Shown here piece by piece: positions 9,922 to 20,490 of a stretch of DNA of 64,000 nt (position 1 is the first letter of the stretch; the number at the start of each line of letters is the position of its first letter). Source of the stretch: an uncultured Alphaproteobacteria bacterium (GTDB lineage Bacteria; Pseudomonadota; Alphaproteobacteria; RF32; CAG-239); the NCBI GenBank assembly GCA_944391685.1, contig CALXUM010000008.1, positions 13,273-77,272 of the forward strand, in the 5' to 3' direction. Made by a program: the position numbers and the translations under genes. Under the pieces are notes generated by a model. That model was not told the DNA's origin. It was given only the letters and a program-made list of their open reading frames with translations, and made no database searches.

Positions 9922-10593
9922 TTAAATAAAATCTTCTATCAATAAACCATCTTGTCGTAATTGTTCCCAGATTTCGGCCAAAAACCATTTTTCTTTATAA
10001 TGCAGTTTACCGTCTGAAAGAGCTATTTTCAGAAGTTCATTTAAAAGTTGTTCAGCTTCTTTAGGCGGTTTACGTTTTAGTTGTTTGAGAGCATCATAAA
10101 AAACCTTTTCATTACAATTCAAACTTTTCAGAAAACCGCTTATATATTGGTTGCTGAGATTGGAAGCTTCAGGAATCTTACCTCTTATATACTCAATTAT
10201 AATTTTTTCTTTTACGGGTAACAGCTTGCCAATCTCACACATGGAGACAAATAGCATTATAACCAAATCAATTTCTATTGATTCAAAAAGTTTGGCTGCC
10301 GGAGCATAAATTTTGGTTTCTGGTAATGGTGTGTTATCTTTATTTGAATGCTTAAAATCTTTTACAAAACTTTTTACGTCTTTATAATATTTTTCATTAC
10401 TCAAATCCATAATATCATGAATAAAAACACCATCAAAAATATAAGATTTACGGCGACGGTAAAAATAGATATCAAAAAATGTATTTCCGTCTTTTTCCCA
10501 AACATTACGAATGGCGGCATTTTCTTCATAAATACGATTATTGCGAACCAGATGGATTAACATATTGTAAAAGCGTACTTTAGTATCGTTCAT
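9922..10593 (-). CDS. hypothetical protein (C-terminal TerB-like region possible)
   Basis: Clean 223 aa ORF. The C-terminal ALSDGKLHYKEKWFLAEI resembles TerB/DjlA-N type repeats, but the match is weak. Confidence 0.4.
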   Translation of the reverse strand: MNDTKVRFYNMLIHLVRNNRIYEENAAIRNVWEKDGNTFFDIYFYRRRKSYIFDGVFIHDIMDLSNEKYYKDVKSFVKDFKHSNKDNTPLPETKIYAPAAKLFESIEIDLVIMLFVSMCEIGKLLPVKEKIIIEYIRGKIPEASNLSNQYISGFLKSLNCNEKVFYDALKQLKRKPPKEAEQLLNELLKIALSDGKLHYKEKWFLAEIWEQLRQDGLLIEDFI

Positions 10594-10739
10594 CCCTCAC
10601 CTCTGAAAAAATAATAATGTATGTTGTAAAATCAGTAAATATTTATTCCTGTTTTTTTGTAAAAATTACCCAATGTTGATAGAAAAACATAATTAGAAAT
10701 ATAAAATAGTAATTTTCATATTTGAAATGAACATTTTTG

Positions 10740-13700
10740 TTAATCCAACAATGCTTTGATTTTACTTATATATTTTTTTATGGTTTCTACTCTTTCAGCA
10801 TAGCTTTCAAGATTTTTTTCGATAAAAATCTTTTGATCAGGTCTTATTTTAACCACACCAAATTGTGAAGCAACAAAGTCTATTAATTTTTCAGGTTTGG
10901 GAAACGTATTGCCCCTTAACGCGATTAAAATTCCTTTGGCTCCGGCATCAACCTTATCAATATTGGCTTGACGGCACAAAATTTTAATTTCTACGGTTTT
11001 GAGCAAATTATCAACTTCTGTCGGAAGTTCGCCAAAACGGTCTATCAACTCCTCTTTCATATCGGCAATGCCATCAATATCCTTAATTTCACCAATACGT
11101 TTATAAAGCCCTAAGCGAACTCCTAAATCACGAACGTATGTTTGCGGAATCATAATTGGAATGCCGGTGGTAATTTGCGGAGCCCAATCTTGGATTTCTT
11201 TGGCTTGCTCGTCTGCCATAACTCCTGAACGCAAACGTAAGATTTCTTCTTCCAACATGTGTTGATATAAAGATATACCAACTTCTTTAATATGACCTGA
11301 CTGCTCCTCACCCAAAATATTGCCAGAACCTCTGATGTCCATATCATGGCTGGCGAGCGAAAAACCTGCTCCCAAGCTATCTAAAGCTTGTAGAATACTC
11401 AAACGGCGTTCGGCAATTGGTTTTAACCTAATTTTGGGCTGAACAGTAAAATATGCATATCCCCTCACCTTGCCTCGGCCGATACGCCCTTTAAGTTGAT
11501 AAAGCTGAGCAAGACCAAACATATCTGAGCGATAAACTATCATGGTGTTAACGCTTGGCATATCAATACCGGATTCAATTATAGTGGTGGAAAGGAGCAA
11601 ATCCGCCTTGCCGTCGGCAAAGTCATTCATAACCTCTTCCAGTTGTTTGACCGGCATTTGTCCATGAGCAACCGATATCTTAACATCTGGCACCAGATCA
11701 TGAAGCTCTTTTTCAACACCAAAAATATCTGAAACCCTTGGACATACAAAAAATATTTGCCCATGACGAAACTTTTCACGATAAATGGCCTCTTTAATCA
11801 TAACTCTGTCAAAAGGCATAACAAAAGTTCTGGCGGCCAAACGATCAACCGGTGGAGTGGCAATGATACTCAGCTGTTTTACCCCGGTTAATGATAACTG
11901 CAATGTTCTGGGTATGGGGGTGGCAGTTAAGGTCAAGACATGGACATCTGATTTAAGTTGTTTTAGCTTTTCCTTGTGAGCAACCCCAAAATGCTGCTCT
12001 TCATCAATTATCAACAAGCCTAAATTGCAGAATTTGATATCTTTTGATAGTAAGGCGTGTGTGCCGATAACAATTTCTACCGAGCCTTCCTCAAGTCCTT
12101 TTTTGGTTTCTGCCGCTTCTTTGGGAGTAACCAAACGTGATAACATTTTAACCCTTATCGGGAAACCTTCCATGCGTTTTTTGAAGTTATAATAATGTTG
12201 CCTAGCTAACAAAGTTGTGGGAACAATCAATGCAACCTGTGCTCCGGATGCAGCTACGGCAAAAGCAGCTCTTAGAGCAACCTCGGTTTTACCAAAACCG
12301 ACATCTCCGCAAACAAGTCTGTCCATCGGTACGGAGGCGTTTAAGTCGGCCAAAACATCGTGAATTGCGTTGAGCTGGTCATCAGTTTCATTATAAGGAA
12401 AGCGAGAACAAAAGTCGTCAAACATGCCCTGTGGCGGAATATAACAGTCTGCTTTTTTTAACTGGCGTTCGGCAGCAATTTTTATCAGTTTTTCGGCAAT
12501 ATCTCGAATTTTTTGCTTAACTTTAGCTTTTTTTGCCTGCCATGCGGCTCCGCCCAAGGTATCAAGCTGAATGTTATCGTCTTCTATGCCGTAACGAGAT
12601 ATGACGTCAATATTTTCAACCGGAACGAATAATTTAGCATCATTGGCATAAATAATTTTTAAGCAATCATGAGGAGCCCCGCCGGCCGTGATATTTTCAA
12701 GCCCCATAAAACGACCGATACCATGCTCAATATGAACAACCAACTCACCTACATTCAACGAAGAAACATCGGCAATAAAGTCTTTGGCGGTAACTTTTTT
12801 AGCATGACGACGGTTTTGCCGTTCACCCAAAATATCTTGTTCAGAAATAAGAGTAAAGCCACCTCCTCTGAAACCTCTGGGTAACGGCATGATAACCAAA
12901 ACACTTTTGCTTTTACTCTTGCTTAAAGCTTCTTGCCAATTTTCAGCAAATGTCAGTTCCGGAATTTCATATTCATTCATTAGGGAAAAAATGCGTTCTC
13001 TGGATCCTTCGGAATAACAAGCAATAATACGGCAACTTTTAGAATTTTCACTTAAATAACTCTTAAGCTCGGTATAGACCTGGCCGGCAGCAATATTTTT
13101 GGCATTAGAGAAATCCCTGCCCGGCAAAACATCACAATTGAACACTTTTTCTCCGGTGGGAATGCTTAAACCACTGAATGATATTGATTGTTTGGTCTTT
13201 AGTATGTTTTCAAGTTCTTTGGCATTAAGATATAAAAGCTCCGGCTTAATCGGGCGGTAAATATCTATATCGGTGGAGCTTTTGACTTTTAGAGCCTCCA
13301 ACCTGGCTTGATAATAATCGGCAATGCTTTCGGTTTTGGAAATGGCTGCATCACCAACATGGGTTCCGCAGATTATGCCGGCAGAAGGGATATAGTCAAA
13401 AATTGTCGGTAATGCATCTTCATAAAAAAACGGCAACCATTGTTCTTGCCCCAAATATTTGTGACCGTTGGAAATTGCTTCATAAATTTCATCTTCTTGA
13501 AAAGCTGCACCAAAGGCTTCTCTATATTTACCGCGGAAATTTTTGATGGTATCTGTATTTAAAACCGCCTCACTCATAACTTTGAATGTATAGCTTTTAA
13601 TCTCGCCGTTAGTGCGTTGAGACATCGCATCAAAAAGTCTGATGCGTTCAATTTCATCATCAAACAAATCTATACGCAGCGGCTCTTCGCTTCCGAGCGG

Positions 13701-14213
13701 AAAAATATCTATGATATCACCACGTACGGCATACTCACCAGGCTCCATAACCTGTTCTACACGATTGTACCCGTTGATAGACACATAATGTAAAAAATCA
13801 TTAAAATTCAATTTCTTACCAGTAGAAACTTCACGCGATGAATTAAGAAAAATCTTCTTTGGAGGAAGTTTCTGTAATACGGCTCCGACACTGGCAATAA
13901 TTACTCTTGGCTTTTTAGAAGAAGGAGTTAGTGCCAACTCAGATAATGTCTCTATACGCTGAGCCACAACATTAACATTAGGCGAAACACGGTCATAAGG
14001 AACCGTATCCCATGCCGGAAAACGCAATATTTTTAGCTTGGGATTAATATATTCCAACAAGTCAGCCGTACGAGCCAAGCTAACACCATCGCTGACAATG
14101 TATAAAATATCTTTAGCTGAATTTTGGGTAAAGTAATCCACCAAAAAGGCATCATAGCCTTCAGGAACAGAGGAAACGGTATAACCCGCAAGTTTATCAA
14201 TATCATATTGCAT
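10740..14213 (-). CDS. mfd: transcription-repair coupling factor
   Basis: 1157 aa. Motifs: CGDVGFGKTEVALRAAF; DEEQHFGV; TATPIPRTL; C-terminal TRG region. Confidence 0.95.
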   Translation of the reverse strand: MQYDIDKLAGYTVSSVPEGYDAFLVDYFTQNSAKDILYIVSDGVSLARTADLLEYINPKLKILRFPAWDTVPYDRVSPNVNVVAQRIETLSELALTPSSKKPRVIIASVGAVLQKLPPKKIFLNSSREVSTGKKLNFNDFLHYVSINGYNRVEQVMEPGEYAVRGDIIDIFPLGSEEPLRIDLFDDEIERIRLFDAMSQRTNGEIKSYTFKVMSEAVLNTDTIKNFRGKYREAFGAAFQEDEIYEAISNGHKYLGQEQWLPFFYEDALPTIFDYIPSAGIICGTHVGDAAISKTESIADYYQARLEALKVKSSTDIDIYRPIKPELLYLNAKELENILKTKQSISFSGLSIPTGEKVFNCDVLPGRDFSNAKNIAAGQVYTELKSYLSENSKSCRIIACYSEGSRERIFSLMNEYEIPELTFAENWQEALSKSKSKSVLVIMPLPRGFRGGGFTLISEQDILGERQNRRHAKKVTAKDFIADVSSLNVGELVVHIEHGIGRFMGLENITAGGAPHDCLKIIYANDAKLFVPVENIDVISRYGIEDDNIQLDTLGGAAWQAKKAKVKQKIRDIAEKLIKIAAERQLKKADCYIPPQGMFDDFCSRFPYNETDDQLNAIHDVLADLNASVPMDRLVCGDVGFGKTEVALRAAFAVAASGAQVALIVPTTLLARQHYYNFKKRMEGFPIRVKMLSRLVTPKEAAETKKGLEEGSVEIVIGTHALLSKDIKFCNLGLLIIDEEQHFGVAHKEKLKQLKSDVHVLTLTATPIPRTLQLSLTGVKQLSIIATPPVDRLAARTFVMPFDRVMIKEAIYREKFRHGQIFFVCPRVSDIFGVEKELHDLVPDVKISVAHGQMPVKQLEEVMNDFADGKADLLLSTTIIESGIDMPSVNTMIVYRSDMFGLAQLYQLKGRIGRGKVRGYAYFTVQPKIRLKPIAERRLSILQALDSLGAGFSLASHDMDIRGSGNILGEEQSGHIKEVGISLYQHMLEEEILRLRSGVMADEQAKEIQDWAPQITTGIPIMIPQTYVRDLGVRLGLYKRIGEIKDIDGIADMKEELIDRFGELPTEVDNLLKTVEIKILCRQANIDKVDAGAKGILIALRGNTFPKPEKLIDFVASQFGVVKIRPDQKIFIEKNLESYAERVETIKKYISKIKALLD

Positions 14214-14297
14214 TGTTGTTCTTTGACTTTACTTCTGAAATAAAATATATACAATATCCCTTGTATAGCAACATTTATTTTGTGGTTTTGAAAGAAT

Positions 14298-16382
14298 TTG
14301 ATGCGGCCGGAGATATTATACCCGCTTTTTGCCGATATTTCATCTATCAAAGGCATCGGCGACAGAGCTTATAAACTTGTGAGCAACTTGATTGGGGGCT
14401 CAAAAGTGGTTAATTTGCTGTGGCATTTGCCTTCAGGCAGAATTGACCGAAGTTATCGACCCATTTTGGCCGAGGCCGTTCCCGGAAGGATTTGCACAAT
14501 AACAGCTAAAGTTGTGCAACATATTCCCCCAAAAAACAACAAACAACCATACAGAGTTGTGGTAGAAGACGGAAGCGGAGAACTTACATTAATATTTTTT
14601 AAAATATATGCCGACTCGATAAGAAAAAACCTGCCACTGGGGGCAACCAGAATTATCAGCGGTAAGTTGGAAAGCTTTAATGGGGCTTTGCAAATGAGCC
14701 ATCCGGACTATATTGTAAGTTTGGATAATGCCGAAAAACTTCCGCTTTCAGAGACCGTTTATCCTCTGACTGCCGGGATATCCAATAAAATGATTAATAA
14801 ATATATGCAACAGGCTTTAAGCCGTGTACCCAACCTTCCCAACTGGCTGGATGAAAACTTTTGCCGACAACAAAAATGGGATGATTTCAAGACATCGCTT
14901 ATTAGAGCTCATCATCCGCAATATCAAACAGATTTGGAACCTTTTGCCAAAGAACGGTGTCGTTTGGCTTATGATGAACTATTGGCTAACCAATTAGCTT
15001 TGGCAATTGTTCGTCAGAAAGTAAAAAAACAAGCCGGACGTTCATTACGTGGTAATCAGATGTTGAGGAAGAAGCTTTTGGAGATTTTGCCTTTTAAATT
15101 AACTAAGGCTCAACAAAATGTATTAAAAGAAATTTATGATGACCAGGCATCTCCTTACAGAATGCTCAGATTATTACAAGGTGATGTGGGCTCAGGAAAA
15201 ACAATCGTGGCTTTGCTTTCCATGCTTAATGCCGTGGAATGTGGTGCTCAGGCAACAATTATGGCTCCAACAGAAATTTTGGCAAAACAACATTTGGAAA
15301 CCATGGCTCCATTGTGTGAAGAGTTGCACCTTAGAGCGGAACTCTTGACCGGAAAGACCAAAGGCAAAGCCAGACAAAAAATTTTAACCGAGCTTGAAGA
15401 AGGAAAAATAAACATCTTAATCGGTACTCATGCCCTGTTTCAGGAAGATGTTAAGTTCAAAGATTTGGCTTATGTGGTGGTTGATGAGCAACACCGTTTT
15501 GGCGTTCATCAACGTTTGAGCTTGTCTGAAAAAGGCAACAAAGCAGATATTTTAGTGATGACTGCCACCCCCATTCCCAGAACATTGGTACTGACAGCAT
15601 ACGGAGATATGGAATATTCTAAAATCGACCAAGTTCCTGAAGGACGCAAACCGGTTGATACCAGAACCATACCTCTGGAAAAAATTGCTGAGGTTGTGCA
15701 GGCTCTTAAACGCAAGCTGCAAAGCGGAGCAAGAGCTTATTGGGTTTGCCCGTTAGTGGAAGAATCTGAAAAGTCTGATTTGGCGGCGGCTGAAGAACGT
15801 TTTGCTTCTTTGGAAAAAATTTTTGGTAAGGATGTGGGGCTTGTGCACGGCAAAATGAAGGAAAAAGAAAAAGATGCCGTAATGGAAAAATTCAAAAAAG
15901 GAGAAATTAAGCTTTTGGTGGCAACCACGGTTATTGAAGTGGGTGTTAATGTGCCGGAGGCAACGGTTATGGTGATTGAACATGCGGAACGTTTCGGCTT
16001 GGCTCAACTGCACCAACTACGCGGAAGAATTAAACGCGGATATGAGGCATCAACTTGTCTTTTGCTTTATAATTACCCTTTAAGCGAAACCGCACGTGAA
16101 AGATTAAATATCATGCGGGAAAGTGAAGATGGTTTTTTGATTGCCGAAAAAGACTTGGAGCTGCGAGGCGGAGGGGAAATATTGGGCACCAGACAAAGCG
16201 GATTTACCGAGTTTAAGCTGGCTGACATGAATTTTCATAAAAACCTTTTGCACATTGCCAACCAGGATGCCAAAATGATTTTGGAGCTGGATCCTAATCT
16301 GGAAACTCCTCGCGGAAAAGCTTTGCGTATTTTGCTTTATTTATTTGAAAAAGATGACAGCGTTAAAACTTATCGCAGTTAA
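14298..16382 (+). CDS. recG: ATP-dependent DNA helicase RecG
   Basis: QGDVGSGKT, VVDEQHRFGV, TATPIPRTL and QLHQLRGR motifs. TTG at 14298 or ATG at 14301. Confidence 0.95.
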   Translation: MMRPEILYPLFADISSIKGIGDRAYKLVSNLIGGSKVVNLLWHLPSGRIDRSYRPILAEAVPGRICTITAKVVQHIPPKNNKQPYRVVVEDGSGELTLIFFKIYADSIRKNLPLGATRIISGKLESFNGALQMSHPDYIVSLDNAEKLPLSETVYPLTAGISNKMINKYMQQALSRVPNLPNWLDENFCRQQKWDDFKTSLIRAHHPQYQTDLEPFAKERCRLAYDELLANQLALAIVRQKVKKQAGRSLRGNQMLRKKLLEILPFKLTKAQQNVLKEIYDDQASPYRMLRLLQGDVGSGKTIVALLSMLNAVECGAQATIMAPTEILAKQHLETMAPLCEELHLRAELLTGKTKGKARQKILTELEEGKINILIGTHALFQEDVKFKDLAYVVVDEQHRFGVHQRLSLSEKGNKADILVMTATPIPRTLVLTAYGDMEYSKIDQVPEGRKPVDTRTIPLEKIAEVVQALKRKLQSGARAYWVCPLVEESEKSDLAAAEERFASLEKIFGKDVGLVHGKMKEKEKDAVMEKFKKGEIKLLVATTVIEVGVNVPEATVMVIEHAERFGLAQLHQLRGRIKRGYEASTCLLLYNYPLSETARERLNIMRESEDGFLIAEKDLELRGGGEILGTRQSGFTEFKLADMNFHKNLLHIANQDAKMILELDPNLETPRGKALRILLYLFEKDDSVKTYRS

Positions 16383-16435
16383 CATGAAAAAACCGCCACC
16401 TTTTAGGGTAGCGGTTATTTTTCTCTTCTTTCCTT

Positions 16436-16804
16436 CTATAGGGTTCTGCACCATTTAAGACAAACTTGTTGATGCCTATTGGTCCAGATACGGCCAATCT
16501 CATGATATATTTGACCTTGTTTTACCCTTTGGCGTCGATACGTTTGTCCCAAATCTACAAAAATTTTTGGCTTGAGGGGGCCATAATAAATATATAGGTT
16601 ACGAGACACACTCTCATATACGGCATAGTTAGTCTCTTTACCGAGATAAAGTCTCATTACCCATACAGGTTCTTTAACCCCCTCTAACTCACAGAGTTCT
16701 GCGTTTGAGTAGCCAGCAAATTGCACAAATTCCCTATACAATCTGCGGTTGAGGTACTTACACATTAAATTGGTTATTCCCTCAGGATTTTCTGTTGATC
16801 CCAT
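16436..16804 (-). CDS. hypothetical protein
   Basis: ORF only. No family recognised. Confidence 0.35.
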   Translation of the reverse strand: MGSTENPEGITNLMCKYLNRRLYREFVQFAGYSNAELCELEGVKEPVWVMRLYLGKETNYAVYESVSRNLYIYYGPLKPKIFVDLGQTYRRQRVKQGQIYHEIGRIWTNRHQQVCLKWCRTL

Positions 16805-16823
16805 AGTAAAAAAATTTTAAAGG

Positions 16824-17201
16824 TTATTGTATTTTTTGAACAATCTTAGAGAATGTTATTACATACTCATTGTTCATTTTTTCTATTTTAGCGTTGCCTT
16901 TTTTGGAGGCAAGAAGCATTTCTTCCTCTACGGGAACAAATGAAGTGAGATTTGCTACCCGAACAAAGACCTCTTTTATTGGATAGTAAATCAGCCACGA
17001 CTTCTGCTCAGAGTGAATGTCATTGAGACGATATACAATCCCTATCCGATAATGTTCTGATGAATGTTCCAAATGGCATAAAACACCATTTGAAATCCTA
17101 AAAAAGGCTCGCAAATTGGGAAATGTTTCCTCAATTTTGTCAGCAATGACTGTTGGAGTTTCCGTCCAGGACAGCATTTGAGTGGTTAATTTTCTGTTCA
17201 T
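16824..17201 (-). CDS. hypothetical protein
   Basis: ORF only, co-directional with 16436..16804. Confidence 0.35.
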   Translation of the reverse strand: MNRKLTTQMLSWTETPTVIADKIEETFPNLRAFFRISNGVLCHLEHSSEHYRIGIVYRLNDIHSEQKSWLIYYPIKEVFVRVANLTSFVPVEEEMLLASKKGNAKIEKMNNEYVITFSKIVQKIQ

Positions 17202-17377
17202 ATTGAGAAAATTTTTAGGTTAATAATAGTGATAATTCTTTTTGTGTTCTTTTAGGTTATAAACTTAATAGACAAAAGTCAAGTGGTTATTGTCTTAGTT
17301 TGTCTATTTTTCACCTCTTTAAATTCAATATATTTATAATATATCAAACATGTATTTAATTTTTTGAGGAAAAATAA

Positions 17378-18619
17378 ATGAATAGGAAGTTTTTATTAGT
17401 TAACACTGCTTTAGTTTGCGGATTAGTATTTTCTACTTTTACATCGGCAAATGCACAAGAAAGTGTTCTAGATCATGAAAAAACTCGCAGTGCCAAACAA
17501 CGAGTCGCTGCTGCTCAAGTCAGACGAAACTACGATTTTACAGATTTTGGAAAAGAATATAGCGATTTTAAGGACTATTTGCAGAATAATTATGGTGTTG
17601 GATATTCCGTTGATGTTTCTTTTATGCCGCAATATGGTTCACCCAGCGGTAAAAAAACCGCTTTTCAAACAATTGTTTATCCCTCTCTTACATGGCAAAT
17701 GTTTGATAATGAGTATGGAAATGCAACCATGAATGTAGCTTACAATATGGTGCAATACTCCGGTAAAAACGGTAACTATATAGGAAACAATATCGGTACG
17801 GTCACCGGTATTAATGACTATACCTCCCAATCAAATTCTTTTGATGAATTATATCTTTCTTATCAACTTCCCGGGAAATGGAACTGGTTGACGGTAGCTG
17901 TCGGTCAGTTTCCTCTTTATAATTTTGACGGTACACAATATGATGCAAACCAACAGGTTAACTTTATTAACTATGCTCTGGCTCAAAACGCATCTTCAAC
18001 CTACCCAACAGCATCTATGGGAGGGTATATGCAAATATCACCTAATGACGAGTGGTCTTTTGCTTTTGGGGCTCAAGATGCAACAAATTTAGATGGGGAT
18101 GGAATTTCAACATCTAACTTAGGTGATGCCAATTATACTTCATTTGCATCACTTTCCTATACTCCAACCATTAAAAATTTGGGAAGCGGACAATATTCGG
18201 TTATGGTGTATAATCAACCTTATGTTAGCGAACAACCGCAAACAACGAATGGTTGGTCATTAAATATGAGCCAAAATATAGGTGAAAAATGGGCTGTATT
18301 TGCAAGAGTTAACGGCGTTTCCGGTTCCCAAGCCGAAATTAACCAATCTTGGGTGCTGGGTGCAGTTTATAATGACCCTCTCAACCGTAATCCTCTTGAT
18401 CAAATCGGCTTTGCCGGTGCTTATAATAAAATTGATGAAGAGGCTGTTGGCGAAGAGTTAAATCATGATGCAGAAACGGTTTTGGAAGCTTATTGGGCTT
18501 GGGGTATTTCAAAATGGATGACAATTACTCCTGATGTCCAATTTTATATTAATCCGGCACTTAATCCAAATTCTGATTATGCAACAGTATTTAGCTTAAG
18601 AGGAACTGTATTTTTCTAA
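17378..18619 (+). CDS. carbohydrate-selective porin, OprB family
   Basis: Signal peptide ending in ANA-Q. A beta-strand-rich, aromatic-rich sequence. C-terminus ...YATVFSLRGTVFF ends in the terminal Phe typical of OM barrels and OprB. Confidence 0.7.
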   Translation: MNRKFLLVNTALVCGLVFSTFTSANAQESVLDHEKTRSAKQRVAAAQVRRNYDFTDFGKEYSDFKDYLQNNYGVGYSVDVSFMPQYGSPSGKKTAFQTIVYPSLTWQMFDNEYGNATMNVAYNMVQYSGKNGNYIGNNIGTVTGINDYTSQSNSFDELYLSYQLPGKWNWLTVAVGQFPLYNFDGTQYDANQQVNFINYALAQNASSTYPTASMGGYMQISPNDEWSFAFGAQDATNLDGDGISTSNLGDANYTSFASLSYTPTIKNLGSGQYSVMVYNQPYVSEQPQTTNGWSLNMSQNIGEKWAVFARVNGVSGSQAEINQSWVLGAVYNDPLNRNPLDQIGFAGAYNKIDEEAVGEELNHDAETVLEAYWAWGISKWMTITPDVQFYINPALNPNSDYATVFSLRGTVFF

Positions 18620-18625
18620 AAATGA

Positions 18626-18657
18626 AAAGAGCTGCCTTTAAAAGGCAGCTCTTTTTA
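18626..18657. terminator. bidirectional rho-independent terminator
   Basis: aaaagagctgcc-tttaaaa-ggcagctctttt. Confidence 0.8.
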
Positions 18658-19770
18658 AGAACGAGAATTATAATGATTATATAACTTATTCATTTCTGCC
18701 CTGGCAAAGGTTAGTTTATTTTTATGCAAATTGTCGACCATAACCATTGCTGTAAATATTTTTTTCTTCTCTGGAGATAGTTGTTTTATTTGAGGGATTA
18801 AATTTATTACATTATGTTTACTAAAAGATAAGACTGGAGACACTGTTTTTGCAATATTATTTGTATTATTCATAATATAATCAGTAAATAAAGCATCTTT
18901 TTCTTCTTGCGGCATTTTTATATATTCATCAATGCAAGTTTCATATGCTTGTTTTTGAAATTGTAAAGAATTTTTTTCAACTTCTTTGGTTATATTCATC
19001 ATATATCCTTTATTCATACCTTTTTGGGAACTACTTTGAAAGTAATCAGAAATATCCTTTATTTGCTCACGATTGAAACTTATTACTTTGTTATTTGCAA
19101 CTAAAACAAAATGATACCCACTACTGGTATTACCACTACTTTTATGAATGACCATAAAAACATCATCAGGATTATTTTTGCTTTCTTCTTTTAATCTTTG
19201 CCCAAGATTATTACAGAATATATATTCCGGATTTTTATTATAAACTTGCATGGCTGAAAAACAGCTGTTGGGATTTACGTCTTCAATTGATTTTACAAAA
19301 CCTTCATAAAATTCTTTATTACCTGTTACTTCTGCAGCTTCTTTGAGAAGTTCAAGACCAGAACGAATACAATAAAACTTAAGATTAACTTGCCCCCCGC
19401 TGTTTTTACCCCAACGTTGTTGTAAAATCTGACGACCTTTTGATTTTATTTCAGTTTGAATATTTTGAGCTTTAGTTAATAAACTATCTGCCAAATCAGA
19501 AGAACGCATTTTACAAAATTGATCAAATAAATCTTGATTATTTAGCAAACTTTGTTTTAATTTTTCTTGTTCAATGTTGTATTTAATATTTTCCAGAGCT
19601 TCTTTTTTTCCATTGTTTTCGGCTGCCGATAATTTTTGAATAATATTAGCTCCGCTACTACTGAATAACAATGTTGCAACGGCACCCCATTTTACCATGT
19701 TTTTAGATATTCCATATTTCTTCTCACGAAGTTTTTCTTGAAAAAATTTTATTTTTTCTTCTCTCGTCAT
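18655..19770 (-). CDS. hypothetical protein with N-terminal hydrophobic segment
   Basis: 371 aa ORF. WGAVATLLFSSSGANII is a hydrophobic stretch. No family recognised. Confidence 0.45.
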   Translation of the reverse strand: MTREEKIKFFQEKLREKKYGISKNMVKWGAVATLLFSSSGANIIQKLSAAENNGKKEALENIKYNIEQEKLKQSLLNNQDLFDQFCKMRSSDLADSLLTKAQNIQTEIKSKGRQILQQRWGKNSGGQVNLKFYCIRSGLELLKEAAEVTGNKEFYEGFVKSIEDVNPNSCFSAMQVYNKNPEYIFCNNLGQRLKEESKNNPDDVFMVIHKSSGNTSSGYHFVLVANNKVISFNREQIKDISDYFQSSSQKGMNKGYMMNITKEVEKNSLQFQKQAYETCIDEYIKMPQEEKDALFTDYIMNNTNNIAKTVSPVLSFSKHNVINLIPQIKQLSPEKKKIFTAMVMVDNLHKNKLTFARAEMNKLYNHYNSRS

Positions 19771-19959
19771 TTTGCGATTCTCTGCTGATAATTTTTGATT
19801 TGTTTTGGAACATAAAGTAAAATGTTTAAAATTTCATATAAAAATATAAAAATTCCACTGTTTTTTTTAATGAAGATATTTTAAATTTTAGCTTTGACTT
19901 TTAGATAAATTTGGAGATAAATATATTTACTTTATAACAACAACTTAAATGAAACATCT

Positions 19960-20490
19960 ATGTCTAAAATTTCCAAACTTTCAATATTGTTAACTCTTAT
20001 GATTTGCTGTTCATGTCAAAGTACAAAAAAACCGGTTATAATCCCTGCTGTTGAGGTAGTTAAGTCATCTTCTTCAAACAGAGGCTTAGAAGTTATTGGA
20101 GGTGTTGAACCAGTATATTTTCTTCCAATGAAAACTCCTTTTGATTCAAGAATCGATACAGGAGCAGAAACTTCTTCTATTGACGTTACTAATATTCGTT
20201 TTTTTGAACGTGACGGAGAAAAATGGGTAAGTTTTGATTTAAATCACGGAGAAAATAGTGAGAACTATAATTTTGAAAAAAGAATCTTGAGAAAGACTAC
20301 CATTCGCAGAATCGGGAAAAATGAGCAAAGGGTGGTTGTTGATATGGATGTAAAAATCGGTGATAATATTATCAACGCTGAATTTACACTAGCAAACAGA
20401 GAAAAGTTTTCATATCAAGGACTTATAGGACGAAATATATTAAACGGACGTTTTATGGTTGATCCTTCGGTTGAAAATACTTTACGTTGA
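19960..20490 (+). CDS. retropepsin-like aspartic protease (DUF785, RimB-like; annotated elsewhere as ATP-dependent zinc protease)
   Basis: Lipobox-like MICCSC. IGGVEPVYF...SRIDTGAETSSIDV..FERDGEKWVSF matches the DUF785 core. Confidence 0.6.
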   Translation: MSKISKLSILLTLMICCSCQSTKKPVIIPAVEVVKSSSSNRGLEVIGGVEPVYFLPMKTPFDSRIDTGAETSSIDVTNIRFFERDGEKWVSFDLNHGENSENYNFEKRILRKTTIRRIGKNEQRVVVDMDVKIGDNIINAEFTLANREKFSYQGLIGRNILNGRFMVDPSVENTLR